A stretch of DNA of 64,000 bases from Escherichia coli. GTDB taxonomy: Bacteria; Pseudomonadota; Gammaproteobacteria; Enterobacterales; Enterobacteriaceae. Shown here piece by piece: positions 45,818-56,273 of this stretch. The first letter of the stretch is position 1, and each line of letters opens with the position of its first letter. The notes beneath the pieces were generated by a model. The model searched no databases. It saw nothing but the letters and a program-made list of their open reading frames with translations, and was not told the DNA's origin. Location: the NCBI RefSeq assembly GCF_013122565.1, contig NZ_CP053258.1; one strand, 5' to 3'. The position numbers were made by a program, and so were the translations under genes.

Positions 45818-47071
45818 TCAGGCGTGCAGACGACGATGCAAACGCGTCCCGACCAGCAGAGCAATGACCAGCATCAGAGCAATAAATGCGCCGACGCCGT
45901 TCCAGCCATAGTTATGCCAGAAAACACCCCCCAGCGTCCCGGCAATACTCGACCCCAGATAGTAACTGAACAGATACAGCGAGGAGGCCTGGCCTTTAGC
46001 GCGTTTTGCGCGGGGGCCGATCCAGCTGCTGGCAACGGAGTGGGCTGCGAAGAATCCGGCTGAGAAGAGTAACATTCCGGCAAAGATCAGCCACAGCGAG
46101 CTAAATAAGGTCATCAGTAAACCAAACAGCATAACTCCCGTCGAAAACAACATCACCGGACCGCGCCCATAGCGGGTGGTCATGGTTCCGGCTTTGGGTG
46201 AGCTCCATGTACCGGTCAAATAAGCCAGCGATAATAAGCCAACCACGGCCTGACTGACATGCCAGGGGGAAAGCATCAACCGATAGCCGATGTAATTAAA
46301 CAGCGTGACGAACGACCCCATCAGCAAAAAGCCTTCTGCGAACAATAACGGTAATCCCCGGTCACGCCAGTGCAGACGAAAGTTGATAAATAACGTCTTA
46401 GGGCGCAGCGAAGTCGGGCGAAAATGGCGTGATTCAGGGAGGATTTTCCAGAACATCAACGCCGAGGCCAGCGCGAAACAACCGATTGCCGCCAGAGCAA
46501 TTCGCCAGTTGAAAAAGTCCGTGAAGACACCGCTAATTAAGCGTCCGCTCATACCGCCAATTGAGTTGCCGCTGATATACAACCCCATTGAAAAGGCCAC
46601 GAAACTGGGATGGATTTCCTCGCTAAGATAAGTCATGCCAACAGCTGCCACGCCACTTAACGAAAGCCCAATCAAGGCGCGCATAATCAAAATGCCGTGC
46701 CAGCTGGTCATCATTGTCGAAAGTAACGTACAAATGGAGGCCAACAGTAGCGCCGTGACCATCACTGGTTTGCGACCAATGGCATCGGATAGGGGGCCAG
46801 TAAACAGCAAACCAATAGCCAACATCGCCGTGGAAATGGACAGTGAAATACTACTGTTCGCGGGCGTTAAGCCAAACTCCTGCGAAAGCACCGGAAGGAT
46901 AGGCTGCACACAATAGAGAAGTGCAAATGTTGCCAGTCCGGCAGAGAACAGCGCCAGGGTGACGCGCATAAATTGCGGCGTACCGCGTTTAATAAATTGA
47001 TTTGGCAGAGAAATGCTTTGCTTGTCAGTGTCGCTTGCCGGAGCGCCATCAACAGTTGTAGTACGGCTCAC
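45818..47071 (-). CDS. ynfM: MFS transporter
   Basis: 417-aa ORF with 12 predicted transmembrane segments. Confidence 0.85.
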   Translation of the reverse strand: MSRTTTVDGAPASDTDKQSISLPNQFIKRGTPQFMRVTLALFSAGLATFALLYCVQPILPVLSQEFGLTPANSSISLSISTAMLAIGLLFTGPLSDAIGRKPVMVTALLLASICTLLSTMMTSWHGILIMRALIGLSLSGVAAVGMTYLSEEIHPSFVAFSMGLYISGNSIGGMSGRLISGVFTDFFNWRIALAAIGCFALASALMFWKILPESRHFRPTSLRPKTLFINFRLHWRDRGLPLLFAEGFLLMGSFVTLFNYIGYRLMLSPWHVSQAVVGLLSLAYLTGTWSSPKAGTMTTRYGRGPVMLFSTGVMLFGLLMTLFSSLWLIFAGMLLFSAGFFAAHSVASSWIGPRAKRAKGQASSLYLFSYYLGSSIAGTLGGVFWHNYGWNGVGAFIALMLVIALLVGTRLHRRLHA

Positions 47072-47177
47072 TTGAAATCCTTGCTAAATATGCCTGTGGA
47101 TCAGGCTTATACATAGGGTAGGAAAATCGAATTGTTCTGTCTAATATATTAATAATCTCAAATAAGATGTTTTAAAT

Positions 47178-48071
47178 ATGAATATTGAACTTCGTCATCT
47201 GCGTTACTTTGTTGCTGTTGCGGAAGAGCTGCATTTCGGGCGCGCCGCTGCCCGCCTGAATATTTCGCAACCGCCGCTAAGTCAGCAGATTCAGGCGCTG
47301 GAGCAACAAATTGGTGCCCGACTGCTGGCACGAACCAATCGCAGTGTATTGCTGACCGCAGCAGGAAAACAGTTTCTTGCAGATAGTCGGCAAATCCTGT
47401 CTATGGTGGATGACGCTGCCGCTCGCGCTGAAAGACTGCATCAGGGTGAAGCGGGGGAGTTGCGCATTGGTTTTACTTCGTCGGCTCCTTTTATTCGGGC
47501 GGTGTCCGATACGTTATCGCTGTTTCGCCGAGATTATCCCGATGTCCATTTACAAACCCGCGAAATGAACACTCGCGAGCAAATCGCTCCGCTCATTGAA
47601 GGAACGCTGGATATGGGATTGCTGCGTAACACAGCGTTACCGGAGACGCTTGAACACGCAGTCATCGTCCATGAACCGCTTATGGCGATGATCCCGCACG
47701 ATCATCCCCTGGCGAATAATCCGAGTGTAACACTGGCTGAACTGGCGAAAGAACCCTTTGTCTTTTTTGATCCGCACGTCGGGACAGGGCTGTATGACGA
47801 TATTCTCGGACTGATGCGACGTTACCATTTGACGCCCGTCATCACTCAGGAGGTGGGCGAGGCGATGACCATCATCGGTCTGGTTTCCGCCGGTCTGGGT
47901 GTTTCAATTTTGCCTGCGTCATTTAAACGTGTTCAGCTCAACGAAATGCGCTGGGTGCCGATTGCTGAAGAGGATGCGGTTTCTGAAATGTGGTTGGTCT
48001 GGCCGAAACATCATGAACAAAGTCCGGCTGCGCGTAACTTTCGTATTCATCTGCTGAATGCTCTCAGGTGA
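47178..48071 (+). CDS. ynfL: LysR-family transcriptional regulator
   Basis: 297-aa ORF with N-terminal LysR HTH (LRYFVAVAEELHFGRAAARLNISQPPLSQQI), divergent from ynfM. Confidence 0.88.
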   Translation: MNIELRHLRYFVAVAEELHFGRAAARLNISQPPLSQQIQALEQQIGARLLARTNRSVLLTAAGKQFLADSRQILSMVDDAAARAERLHQGEAGELRIGFTSSAPFIRAVSDTLSLFRRDYPDVHLQTREMNTREQIAPLIEGTLDMGLLRNTALPETLEHAVIVHEPLMAMIPHDHPLANNPSVTLAELAKEPFVFFDPHVGTGLYDDILGLMRRYHLTPVITQEVGEAMTIIGLVSAGLGVSILPASFKRVQLNEMRWVPIAEEDAVSEMWLVWPKHHEQSPAARNFRIHLLNALR

Positions 48072-48100
48072 GGGAAATTTCAGCGAAAAAGCCCGAAAAA

Positions 48101-48116
48101 TGTGCTGTTAATCACA
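48101..48116. promoter_or_regulatory. CRP-like site upstream of mlc
   Basis: TGTGC-tgttaa-TCACA against consensus TGTGA-N6-TCACA, about 90 bp upstream of the mlc GTG. Confidence 0.45.
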
Positions 48117-48205
48117 TGCCTAAGTAAAAATTTGACGACACGTATTGAAGTGCTTCACCATAGCCTACAGATTATTTCGGAGCGCGAAAATATAGGGAGT
48201 ATGCG

Positions 48206-49426
48206 GTGGTTGCTGAAAACCAGCCTGGGCACATTGATCAAATAAAGCAGACCAACGCGGGCGCGGTTTATCGCCTGATTGATCAGCTTGGTCCAGTCTC
48301 GCGTATCGATCTTTCCCGTCTGGCGCAGCTGGCTCCTGCCAGTATCACTAAAATTGTCCGTGAGATGCTCGAAGCACACCTGGTGCAAGAGCTGGAAATC
48401 AAAGAAGCGGGGAACCGTGGCCGTCCGGCGGTGGGGCTGGTGGTTGAAACTGAAGCCTGGCACTATCTTTCTCTGCGCATTAGTCGCGGGGAGATTTTCC
48501 TTGCTCTGCGCGATCTGAGCAGCAAACTGGTGGTGGAAGAGTCGCAGGAACTGGCGTTAAAAGATGACTCGCCATTGCTGGATCGTATCATTTCCCATAT
48601 CGATCAGTTTTTTATCCGCCACCAGAAAAAACTTGAGCGTCTAACTTCGATTGCCATAACCCTGCCGGGAATTATTGATACGGAAAATGGCATTGTACAT
48701 CGCATGCCGTTCTACGAGGATGTAAAAGAGATGCCGCTCGGCGAGGCTCTGGAGCAGCATACCGGCGTTCCGGTTTATATTCAGCATGATATCAGCGCAT
48801 GGACGATGGCAGAGGCCTTGTTTGGTGCCTCACGCGGGGCGCGCGATGTGATTCAGGTGGTTATCGATCACAACGTGGGGGCGGGCGTCATTACCGATGG
48901 TCATCTGCTACACGCAGGCAGCAGTAGTCTCGTGGAAATAGGCCACACACAGGTCGACCCGTATGGGAAACGTTGTTATTGCGGGAATCACGGCTGCCTC
49001 GAAACCATCGCCAGTGTGGACAGTATTCTTGAGCTGGCACAGCTGCGTCTCAATCAATCCATGAGCTCGATGTTGCATGGACAACCGTTAACCGTGGACT
49101 CATTGTGTCAGGCGGCATTGCGCGGCGATCTACTGGCAAAAGACATCATTACCGGGGTGGGCGCGCATGTGGGGCGCATTCTTGCCATCATGGTGAATTT
49201 ATTTAACCCACAAAAAATACTGATTGGCTCACCGTTAAGTAAAGCGGCAGATATCCTCTTCCCGGTCATCTCAGACAGCATCCGTCAGCAGGCCCTTCCT
49301 GCGTATAGTCAGCACATTAGCGTTGAGAGTACTCAGTTTTCTAACCAGGGCACGATGGCAGGGGCTGCGCTGGTAAAAGACGCGATGTATAACGGTTCTT
49401 TGTTGATTCGTCTGTTGCAGGGTTAA
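48206..49426 (+). CDS. mlc: ROK-family global repressor Mlc (DgsA)
   Basis: 406-aa ORF with GTG start (MVAENQPGHIDQIKQTNAGAVYRLID...). Confidence 0.93.
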   Translation: MVAENQPGHIDQIKQTNAGAVYRLIDQLGPVSRIDLSRLAQLAPASITKIVREMLEAHLVQELEIKEAGNRGRPAVGLVVETEAWHYLSLRISRGEIFLALRDLSSKLVVEESQELALKDDSPLLDRIISHIDQFFIRHQKKLERLTSIAITLPGIIDTENGIVHRMPFYEDVKEMPLGEALEQHTGVPVYIQHDISAWTMAEALFGASRGARDVIQVVIDHNVGAGVITDGHLLHAGSSSLVEIGHTQVDPYGKRCYCGNHGCLETIASVDSILELAQLRLNQSMSSMLHGQPLTVDSLCQAALRGDLLAKDIITGVGAHVGRILAIMVNLFNPQKILIGSPLSKAADILFPVISDSIRQQALPAYSQHISVESTQFSNQGTMAGAALVKDAMYNGSLLIRLLQG

Positions 49427-49550
49427 CATTTTTTAACTGTTCTACCAAAATTTGCGCTATCTCAATTTGGGCCAGGAAAGCATAACTTAGACTTTCAAGG
49501 TTAATTATTTTCCTGGTTTATATTTGTGAAGCATAACGGTGGAGTTAGTG

Positions 49551-50246
49551 ATGCTGAAGCGTTTCTTTATTACCGGTACAGACACTTCTGTAGGGAAAAC
49601 GGTGGTTTCCCGCGCATTGCTACAAGCGTTAGCCTCCCAGGGAAAAACGGTTGCGGGATATAAACCCGTAGCGAAGGGGAGCAAAGAGACACCCGAAGGG
49701 CTGCGTAATAAAGATGCCCTGGTGTTGCAGAGTGTTTCAACCATCGAACTGCCTTATGAAGCAGTTAATCCTATCGCGTTAAGCGAAGAAGAAAGTAGCG
49801 TGGCGCACAGTTGCCCAATCAATTACACCCTCATTTCAAACGGCCTGGCAAACCTGACCGAAAAAGTCGATCATGTCGTGGTAGAAGGGACTGGCGGCTG
49901 GCGCAGTCTGATGAATGATTTGCGTCCACTCTCTGAATGGGTGGTGCAGGAACAACTGCCGGTGTTGATGGTTGTCGGTATTCAGGAAGGTTGCATTAAC
50001 CATGCACTGCTAACAGCTCAGGCGATTGCCAACGACGGGCTGCCGCTCATTGGCTGGGTGGCTAACCGAATCAACCCAGGACTGGCGCATTATGCGGAAA
50101 TCATTGATGTGCTCGGTAAAAAACTTCCGGCACCGCTCATTGGTGAACTGCCTTATCTGCCGCGCGCCGAACAGCGTGAACTGGGGCAATACATCCGCTT
50201 AGCTATGCTGCGCAGTGTGCTGGCGGTAGATAGAGTCACGGTGTAA
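49551..50246 (+). CDS. ynfK: dethiobiotin synthetase paralogue (BioD-like)
   Basis: 231-aa product from ATG 49551 with P-loop [11 protein letters not shown]. Confidence 0.88.
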
Positions 50247-51455
50247 CGTCCGCGAGATTACCGACGCAATTACGCAGGCAATCAATAAACCGGGGAGTAG
50301 CTGATACTCCCCGGTCATTTCACATATCATCAACGTCGACATAATCGGCGCGTGCGTGGTTGCCGCCAACAGTGTCGCCATCCCGGTCAATCCGAGTAAA
50401 AGCGTAATTTCTTCGCCATCAGGGAACCATAATCCCAGGCTACGACCATACAACATGCCAATGGCAAGACCGATAAATAGCGTCGGTGTAAAGACACCAC
50501 CGGGTGCGCCGGAACCGCTACTCGCCAGCACGGCACACAGTTTACAAAGGAAGATCCCGGCAATGATCATTAACAGTGGCGGGGCGGTTAAAAAGGATTG
50601 TACGGTGCTATAGCCGTTGCCCCACACTGCAGGTGTGAACAGGGAAAGCAGACCCACGATCAACCCGCCTAGTGCCAGTTGCCAGGGCGGCGCAAGTTTG
50701 AGACTCACAAATCCACGATGACAGGCGTTCATTAACGTTAACAACAGTGGTCCGCACAGACCTGCCAGCACACCTGTACTGATAATCAGCGCATAGTCAC
50801 GAGCCTGAACCGTCACTGAGAGTTGTACGCTGTAGAGTAACGCGTCGCTATGATTAATCAGATTGCTAACCAGCAATGCCACGACAGCGGAAATAATCAC
50901 CGGGCCGAGAGAGGCCAACATCATAGTGCCAAACAGCACTTCGGCTATAAATAAACTGCCAGCAAGCGGGGCGCGATAGGCCGCAGCCATTCCCGCCGCA
51001 GCTCCACAGGCGATCCATAATTTCCACTCCTGGCGTGGCGTAAAACGTTGGGTAAAACAGGAGGCGGCAAGGGCAGCTAAAAGAATCATCGCACCTTCGC
51101 GACCAATTGCACTGCCGCTGGTTACTACCAGCAGAGAGGCAAGCGATTTAACCAGGCTTGCTGCGTAATCAAACTGCCCATCGGTTTGCAACGCTTCCAT
51201 ATAATCGGTCGGCGCATGAGGGCGTTGCTGGGTAAATTTCTGCCAGCCCATCAGCAACAAACCCGCCGCCAGTCCGCCGAGCGCCGGAGTTAGCAGCCGT
51301 CGCCACGGGGAAAGATTTGTCGCTGCATTGACCAGACTGCCGGAGTCATTATTGAGGAACAACCACTCCAGTAGCAGCATCGCATGACGAAACCCGGCAA
51401 CGGCAAAGGCCGCGAGAATACCGACGGCTGTTGCGATAAGCAGACGGCGGAACAT
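50199..51455 (-). CDS. clcB: ClC-family voltage-gated chloride channel
   Basis: 418-aa product from ATG 51455; 3' end overlaps the ynfK 3' end by 48 bp. Confidence 0.88.
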   Translation of the reverse strand: MFRRLLIATAVGILAAFAVAGFRHAMLLLEWLFLNNDSGSLVNAATNLSPWRRLLTPALGGLAAGLLLMGWQKFTQQRPHAPTDYMEALQTDGQFDYAASLVKSLASLLVVTSGSAIGREGAMILLAALAASCFTQRFTPRQEWKLWIACGAAAGMAAAYRAPLAGSLFIAEVLFGTMMLASLGPVIISAVVALLVSNLINHSDALLYSVQLSVTVQARDYALIISTGVLAGLCGPLLLTLMNACHRGFVSLKLAPPWQLALGGLIVGLLSLFTPAVWGNGYSTVQSFLTAPPLLMIIAGIFLCKLCAVLASSGSGAPGGVFTPTLFIGLAIGMLYGRSLGLWFPDGEEITLLLGLTGMATLLAATTHAPIMSTLMICEMTGEYQLLPGLLIACVIASVISRTLHRDSIYRQHTAQHS

Positions 51456-51648
51456 AGTGCGCAGATCCGGATAGATGTGTAGATGATGCATGAGCAGAAA
51501 TGGGCAATGAAACACGGGCGACTATTTTGCGGCAAAAGAGGCCAGCTGCAAAAGCAGTGCGTGCTTTAAGAGACAAAAAACGTGACACTGTAACGTATTG
51601 TTGCCGAATCGCGCGTAATCGTCACCATCCGGCAATATTACGGTGATC

Positions 51649-52263
51649 CTATCGAAACAGCGGTTTAACCGCGACAGGAATTAACAGTTGTGATTGCCAT
51701 TGCGCCAGCGTTAAGCGAGCCAGTTCACCCAGTGCACGGTAGAAAGGGTGTTCTGCTTTTTCGATAAAAACATCAAGAAAACGTGTTGACCACGGAAAAA
51801 GGTGCCATGCCAGCAATTCTTCGCATTCTGTCTGGCGACCATTCTCCGCCAACCACGCAGCCATCAACAGCAGCGAACCAAAATGATCTTCCGGTTCATT
51901 TTGCTTCATTTCAAACTGAATGCCTTTCTCGCGCATCCACTGACGAAGTGCCAATGTTGAATCGCCAAACAGCACAGATTCGCGATCCAGCCAGACCGAC
52001 CCCCACGGCGGAGACGGCAGTGCCCACGGGCCGACAAACAAACGCTGCCAGGCCTGGGCGTGAGTCTCTTCACACTGTGCCTGAAAAGCCGTCACCAGCG
52101 GCGCTAATGACGCTTCTGGTAGAGGCCACTGAGTTTCCCAGCCGTCACGGGTGAGTACCGCAACCAGAGGTGCGGCTTCCGCACTCTCTGGAGCGTAATA
52201 AAACAGCGCGCCCAACACGCGCGCCACGACAGAAAAATTATCTTGCTGTGAAAAATGGGTCAT
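51649..52263 (-). CDS. dmsD: Tat proofreading chaperone for DMSO reductases
   Basis: 204-aa product (MTHFSQQDNFSV...). Confidence 0.9.
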   Translation of the reverse strand: MTHFSQQDNFSVVARVLGALFYYAPESAEAAPLVAVLTRDGWETQWPLPEASLAPLVTAFQAQCEETHAQAWQRLFVGPWALPSPPWGSVWLDRESVLFGDSTLALRQWMREKGIQFEMKQNEPEDHFGSLLLMAAWLAENGRQTECEELLAWHLFPWSTRFLDVFIEKAEHPFYRALGELARLTLAQWQSQLLIPVAVKPLFR

Positions 52264-52305
52264 TCCTAACATCCTGAAATGTGCGGGTTGCCCCGCACCA
52301 ATTTG

Positions 52306-53160
52306 TTAACCTGCAATAGCCATTCCTACCGTCATGTGCAGGCCATAAAAGAGCACACGCCCGATCATCTCACCGCCAAGAATGAGGATTAACCCCAGAA
52401 TAAGTCCGGCAACGTGTGGTTCACGGCGACGTATGAGCGGACAAAGCCAGCATCCTAGACCTGCGCATAACAATACCACACGCCAGACCTGTAAGGAGGC
52501 GTAATCTGGTACCAGTGCGCTGGCTTGTTGTACGGATGAGTAAATAGACGACAGAGACAAACCTTGCAGCACAATCACCCCGGCACAAGCGATCAGCGCC
52601 AGAACGCTAATGATGGCAAATGGTGTGGTATTAAATGTAACGCGGGCTGCCCGCAGAATTGCGGCAGCAAGTATTGGACCACTCAACAATACCGTCAGGA
52701 AGAAAGCCAGCGTAGTGTAACCGTTATGCCAGGTTGGCACAGTGTCGATTTGATACACGCAGGTCATCATCCAGACGAAAATGACGCCGAGCGCCATGCT
52801 GACAAGTAACCAGAGTTTCCCCAACGCTTGCGGCATTTTACCGATGACCGCCACCAGCCACCATAGTCCGCCAACGGCAAAAAATATGGAACCGGCAGCA
52901 ATCTCGTTACTCAGACCAGAAGCTCCGATTCGATTCAGTGAGTTAAACGCCCGCAGTGGCGATCCCAGGTGCATGACAGAGGCAATAAACCCGATGCCCA
53001 TCAACAGCCAGAGGAAAAACATGCCACGAACAATGTGCTGACGGTCTGTGTCATTTTTGGCGGCGAACCAGCCAATTCCGCTAACAATCAGCGCGCCTAC
53101 TACGCATTGACCCAATACGGTAAAGATAACCAGTGGCCATTCATGCCATCCATTTCCCAT
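52306..53160 (-). CDS. ynfH: DmsC-type membrane anchor subunit of the Ynf oxidoreductase
   Basis: 284-aa product from ATG 53160 (MGNGWHEWPL...); the track ORF is extended upstream. Confidence 0.88.
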   Translation of the reverse strand: MGNGWHEWPLVIFTVLGQCVVGALIVSGIGWFAAKNDTDRQHIVRGMFFLWLLMGIGFIASVMHLGSPLRAFNSLNRIGASGLSNEIAAGSIFFAVGGLWWLVAVIGKMPQALGKLWLLVSMALGVIFVWMMTCVYQIDTVPTWHNGYTTLAFFLTVLLSGPILAAAILRAARVTFNTTPFAIISVLALIACAGVIVLQGLSLSSIYSSVQQASALVPDYASLQVWRVVLLCAGLGCWLCPLIRRREPHVAGLILGLILILGGEMIGRVLFYGLHMTVGMAIAG

Positions 53161-53161
53161 T

Positions 53162-53779
53162 TTACACTTCCTCCGGATTAGCCAGATAACCAGTGGTATC
53201 GCCGGTCGGGCGGCTGTTGGCGTTAGGTTTGATAACGATATTGGGTTTTGTGAAATGCGCGCGCGGCAGTGGCGCGACGGCAGCAAGAGTGCCGTGCTTC
53301 TGGCGCAGCTCTTCAATTGGACCGAACTCAAGTGCACGCAGCGGGCAGGATTCGACACATATGGGTTGTTTCCCCTCGGCGACGCGCGAATAACAACCAT
53401 CGCACTTCGTCATGTGCCCTTTTTCAGCATTGTACTGTGGCGCGCCGTACGGACAAGCCATGTGGCAGTAGCGGCAACCGATACAAACATCTTCATCAAC
53501 CACCACAAAGCCATCTTCACGCTTATGCATTGCGCCGCTGGGGCAGACTTTTGTACATGCGGGGTCATCGCAATGGTTACAGGAGATGGAGAGATAATAA
53601 GCGAACACGTTCTGGCGCCAGACGTCATTATCTTCCTGCCAGTCGCCGCCAGCATATTCATAAATACGGCGGAAACTGACTTCCGGGCCAAGATCTTTAA
53701 AATCTTTGCACGCCAGTTCGCAGGTTTTACAGCCAGTACAGCGGCTGGAATCGATAAAAAATCCATATTGTGTGGTCAT
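53162..53779 (-). CDS. ynfG: DmsB-type 4Fe-4S electron-transfer subunit
   Basis: 205-aa ORF with four ferredoxin Cys clusters. Confidence 0.92.
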   Translation of the reverse strand: MTTQYGFFIDSSRCTGCKTCELACKDFKDLGPEVSFRRIYEYAGGDWQEDNDVWRQNVFAYYLSISCNHCDDPACTKVCPSGAMHKREDGFVVVDEDVCIGCRYCHMACPYGAPQYNAEKGHMTKCDGCYSRVAEGKQPICVESCPLRALEFGPIEELRQKHGTLAAVAPLPRAHFTKPNIVIKPNANSRPTGDTTGYLANPEEV

Positions 53780-53789
53780 GGGCTACTCC

Positions 53790-56213
53790 TTAAACCTTTT
53801 CGATCTGAACAAGATTGCTGTGCGACGGGTTTCCCTTTGCCAGCGGTGAAGGGCGGTGAGAGGTCAGAATATTGATACTGCCGCCGTGATCGACCCGGTC
53901 ACCAAACATATCCGCTTTAAGCCACGCACCTTGCCCGATGGCGGTAACGCCAGGCAGAATACGCGGAGTCACTTTTGCGGCAATCAGCATTTCTCCATTA
54001 TTGTTAAATACCCGCACGGTATCGCCATGACGGATACCGCGTTCCTGAGCATCAATGGGGTTGATCCACACCTCTTGTGGGCAGGCCTGCTGTAACACAT
54101 CAATATTGCCGTAGCTGGAGTGGGTACGTGCTTTGTAGTGGAAGCCCGTTAGCTGCAGTGGATAGGTTTTCCGCAGGGGATCGTCCCAGCCATCAAAACC
54201 TGGGGTATACGCAGGAAGGGGATGAATAATTTCATCTTTTTTCAATTCCCAGGTATCTGCAATCTTCGCCAGTCGTTCAGAATAAATTTCGATTTTCCCC
54301 GAAGGTGTTTTCAACGGGTTTGCCTGTGGATCTTCACGGAATGCGCGGAAAGCGACGTAGTGTTCTTCCGGGCATTTTTTCTTAAAGATCCCGGTCGTTT
54401 TCATCTCCTCGTAGTCGGGCATCTCAGGGTTACGTTCCTTCGTTTTCGCATGGAGATATTTGATCCATTCATGCTGACTGCGACCTTCAGTAAAGGTTTG
54501 ATAAACGTCCGGTCCTAAGCGTTTGGCGACTTCACTCAGCATCCAGTAGATGGGTTTGCGTTCAAATTTTGCTGAGGTTGCGGGTTGGGCGAGGATCACA
54601 TAGCCCATATTCCCTGCAGATTCATGAGAGATAAGGTCTTCTTGCTCTGTTGGCATCAGGTCGGGCAACAGGATATCGCAATACTTAGCCGAGGCCGTCA
54701 TGAAGTGGTCAATGCCGACAATCATCTCGCACTTGCTGTCATCCTGAAGCACCTCATGGGTGTGATTGATGTCGCCATGTTGATTGATCAATGTGTTACT
54801 GGCGTAGCACCATAAAAACTTGATGGGGACATCCAGTTTTTCTTTTCCACGAACACCATCACGGGTCGCGGTCATTTCCGTACCATGGTCGATGGCATCT
54901 GTCCATGTAAAGACGGAAATCTGCGTTTTAACAGGATTGGCTAGCATCGGGAACCATTCTACCCCCAGATCCCAGCTACCTTCGCGTACACCTGAGTTGC
55001 CGCCGTTTATGCCGACGTTACCGGTGAGAACGGAAAGCATGGCAATAGCGCGGGACGTTTGTTCGCCGTTGGAATGTCGTTGTGGCCCCCAACCCTGACA
55101 AATATAAGCAGGTTTTGCTGAACCGATCTCTCGTGCCAACTGGATAATTTTTTCTGCCGGGATGCTGGTGATTTTTGCTGCCCATTCCGGCGTTTTAGCT
55201 ATGCCGTCAGGCCCTTCGCCCAGAATATAGGCTTTATAATGCGCGTTACGTGGTGCGTTGGCGGGCAGCGTTTTTTCATCGTAACCAACACAATATTTGT
55301 CGAGAAATGGCTGATCGACCATGTTTTCAGTAATCAGTACCCAGGCAATCGCACAGGCCAGTGCGCCATCGGTGCCAGGGCGAATGGGCAGCCATTCATC
55401 TTCACGCCCGGCAGCTGTGTCGTTATAACGTGGATCGATGACGATCATGCGTGCGTTTGAACGTTCGCGGGCTTGCTCGACGTAGTAAGTGACACCACCA
55501 CCGCTCATCCGCGTTTCTGCCGGGTTATTTCCGAACATAACGACCAGTTTCGTATTGGCGATATCATCCGGGCTGTTGCCATCATTGGCACCGAACATAT
55601 AACTCATTGCGGCACTGATCTGTGCGGTACTGTAGCTGCCATAGCGACTGAGAAAACCACCGCAAGAGTTCATCAGACGGTACGGGACGTTTGAGTTGGT
55701 GATGTTTCCGCCATCTACACCTGTTCCGTACAGGACATGTACAGCCTCATTGCCGTAATCTTTTAGGATCCGCCGAAGATTATCACTGATGGTATCCAGG
55801 GCTTCGTCCCAACTTATCCGTTCAAATTTACCTTCACCGCGCTTGCCGACGCGCTTCATGGGATATTTCAACCTATCAGGATGATTCATCCGTCGGCGGA
55901 TAGAGCGCCCGCGTAAACACGCACGAACCTGATGATTACCGTAGACGTCGTCACCTGTCGTATCAGACTCCACCCAGTACACGGTGTCATCTTTCACATG
56001 CAAACGTAACAGACAGCGGCTCCCGCAGTTAACGGTACAGGAACTCCAGACCGCTTTCTCTTCTACCGGGGCCTCTGCCGCCCGGACCATTTGGGAAAAT
56101 GGCAGAGTGAAAGCACTGCTTGCCAGCGCAAGACTGCCAAGTGCGGAGGTTTTCATCAGACTTCTACGGCTGATTTCAGCCTTCATGAGCGCCTCTGTGG
56201 TATGGATTTTCAT
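53790..56213 (-). CDS. ynfF: DmsA-type molybdopterin oxidoreductase catalytic subunit with Tat signal
   Basis: 807-aa product; twin-arginine motif SRRSLMK near the N-terminus. Confidence 0.92.
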   Translation of the reverse strand: MKIHTTEALMKAEISRRSLMKTSALGSLALASSAFTLPFSQMVRAAEAPVEEKAVWSSCTVNCGSRCLLRLHVKDDTVYWVESDTTGDDVYGNHQVRACLRGRSIRRRMNHPDRLKYPMKRVGKRGEGKFERISWDEALDTISDNLRRILKDYGNEAVHVLYGTGVDGGNITNSNVPYRLMNSCGGFLSRYGSYSTAQISAAMSYMFGANDGNSPDDIANTKLVVMFGNNPAETRMSGGGVTYYVEQARERSNARMIVIDPRYNDTAAGREDEWLPIRPGTDGALACAIAWVLITENMVDQPFLDKYCVGYDEKTLPANAPRNAHYKAYILGEGPDGIAKTPEWAAKITSIPAEKIIQLAREIGSAKPAYICQGWGPQRHSNGEQTSRAIAMLSVLTGNVGINGGNSGVREGSWDLGVEWFPMLANPVKTQISVFTWTDAIDHGTEMTATRDGVRGKEKLDVPIKFLWCYASNTLINQHGDINHTHEVLQDDSKCEMIVGIDHFMTASAKYCDILLPDLMPTEQEDLISHESAGNMGYVILAQPATSAKFERKPIYWMLSEVAKRLGPDVYQTFTEGRSQHEWIKYLHAKTKERNPEMPDYEEMKTTGIFKKKCPEEHYVAFRAFREDPQANPLKTPSGKIEIYSERLAKIADTWELKKDEIIHPLPAYTPGFDGWDDPLRKTYPLQLTGFHYKARTHSSYGNIDVLQQACPQEVWINPIDAQERGIRHGDTVRVFNNNGEMLIAAKVTPRILPGVTAIGQGAWLKADMFGDRVDHGGSINILTSHRPSPLAKGNPSHSNLVQIEKV

Positions 56214-56273
56214 CATTACTCACTTATTGCTTTTCAAACAAAATGTCATGCCAGAATTTATGGTTGTAGTGGG

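Noticed and set aside
53255-53875. 206-aa and 136-aa plus-strand ORFs antisense to ynfG/ynfH, and similar antisense ORFs across ynfF and ynfE
   Set aside because: Antisense to genes with clear Fe-S and molybdopterin signatures; no independent support.
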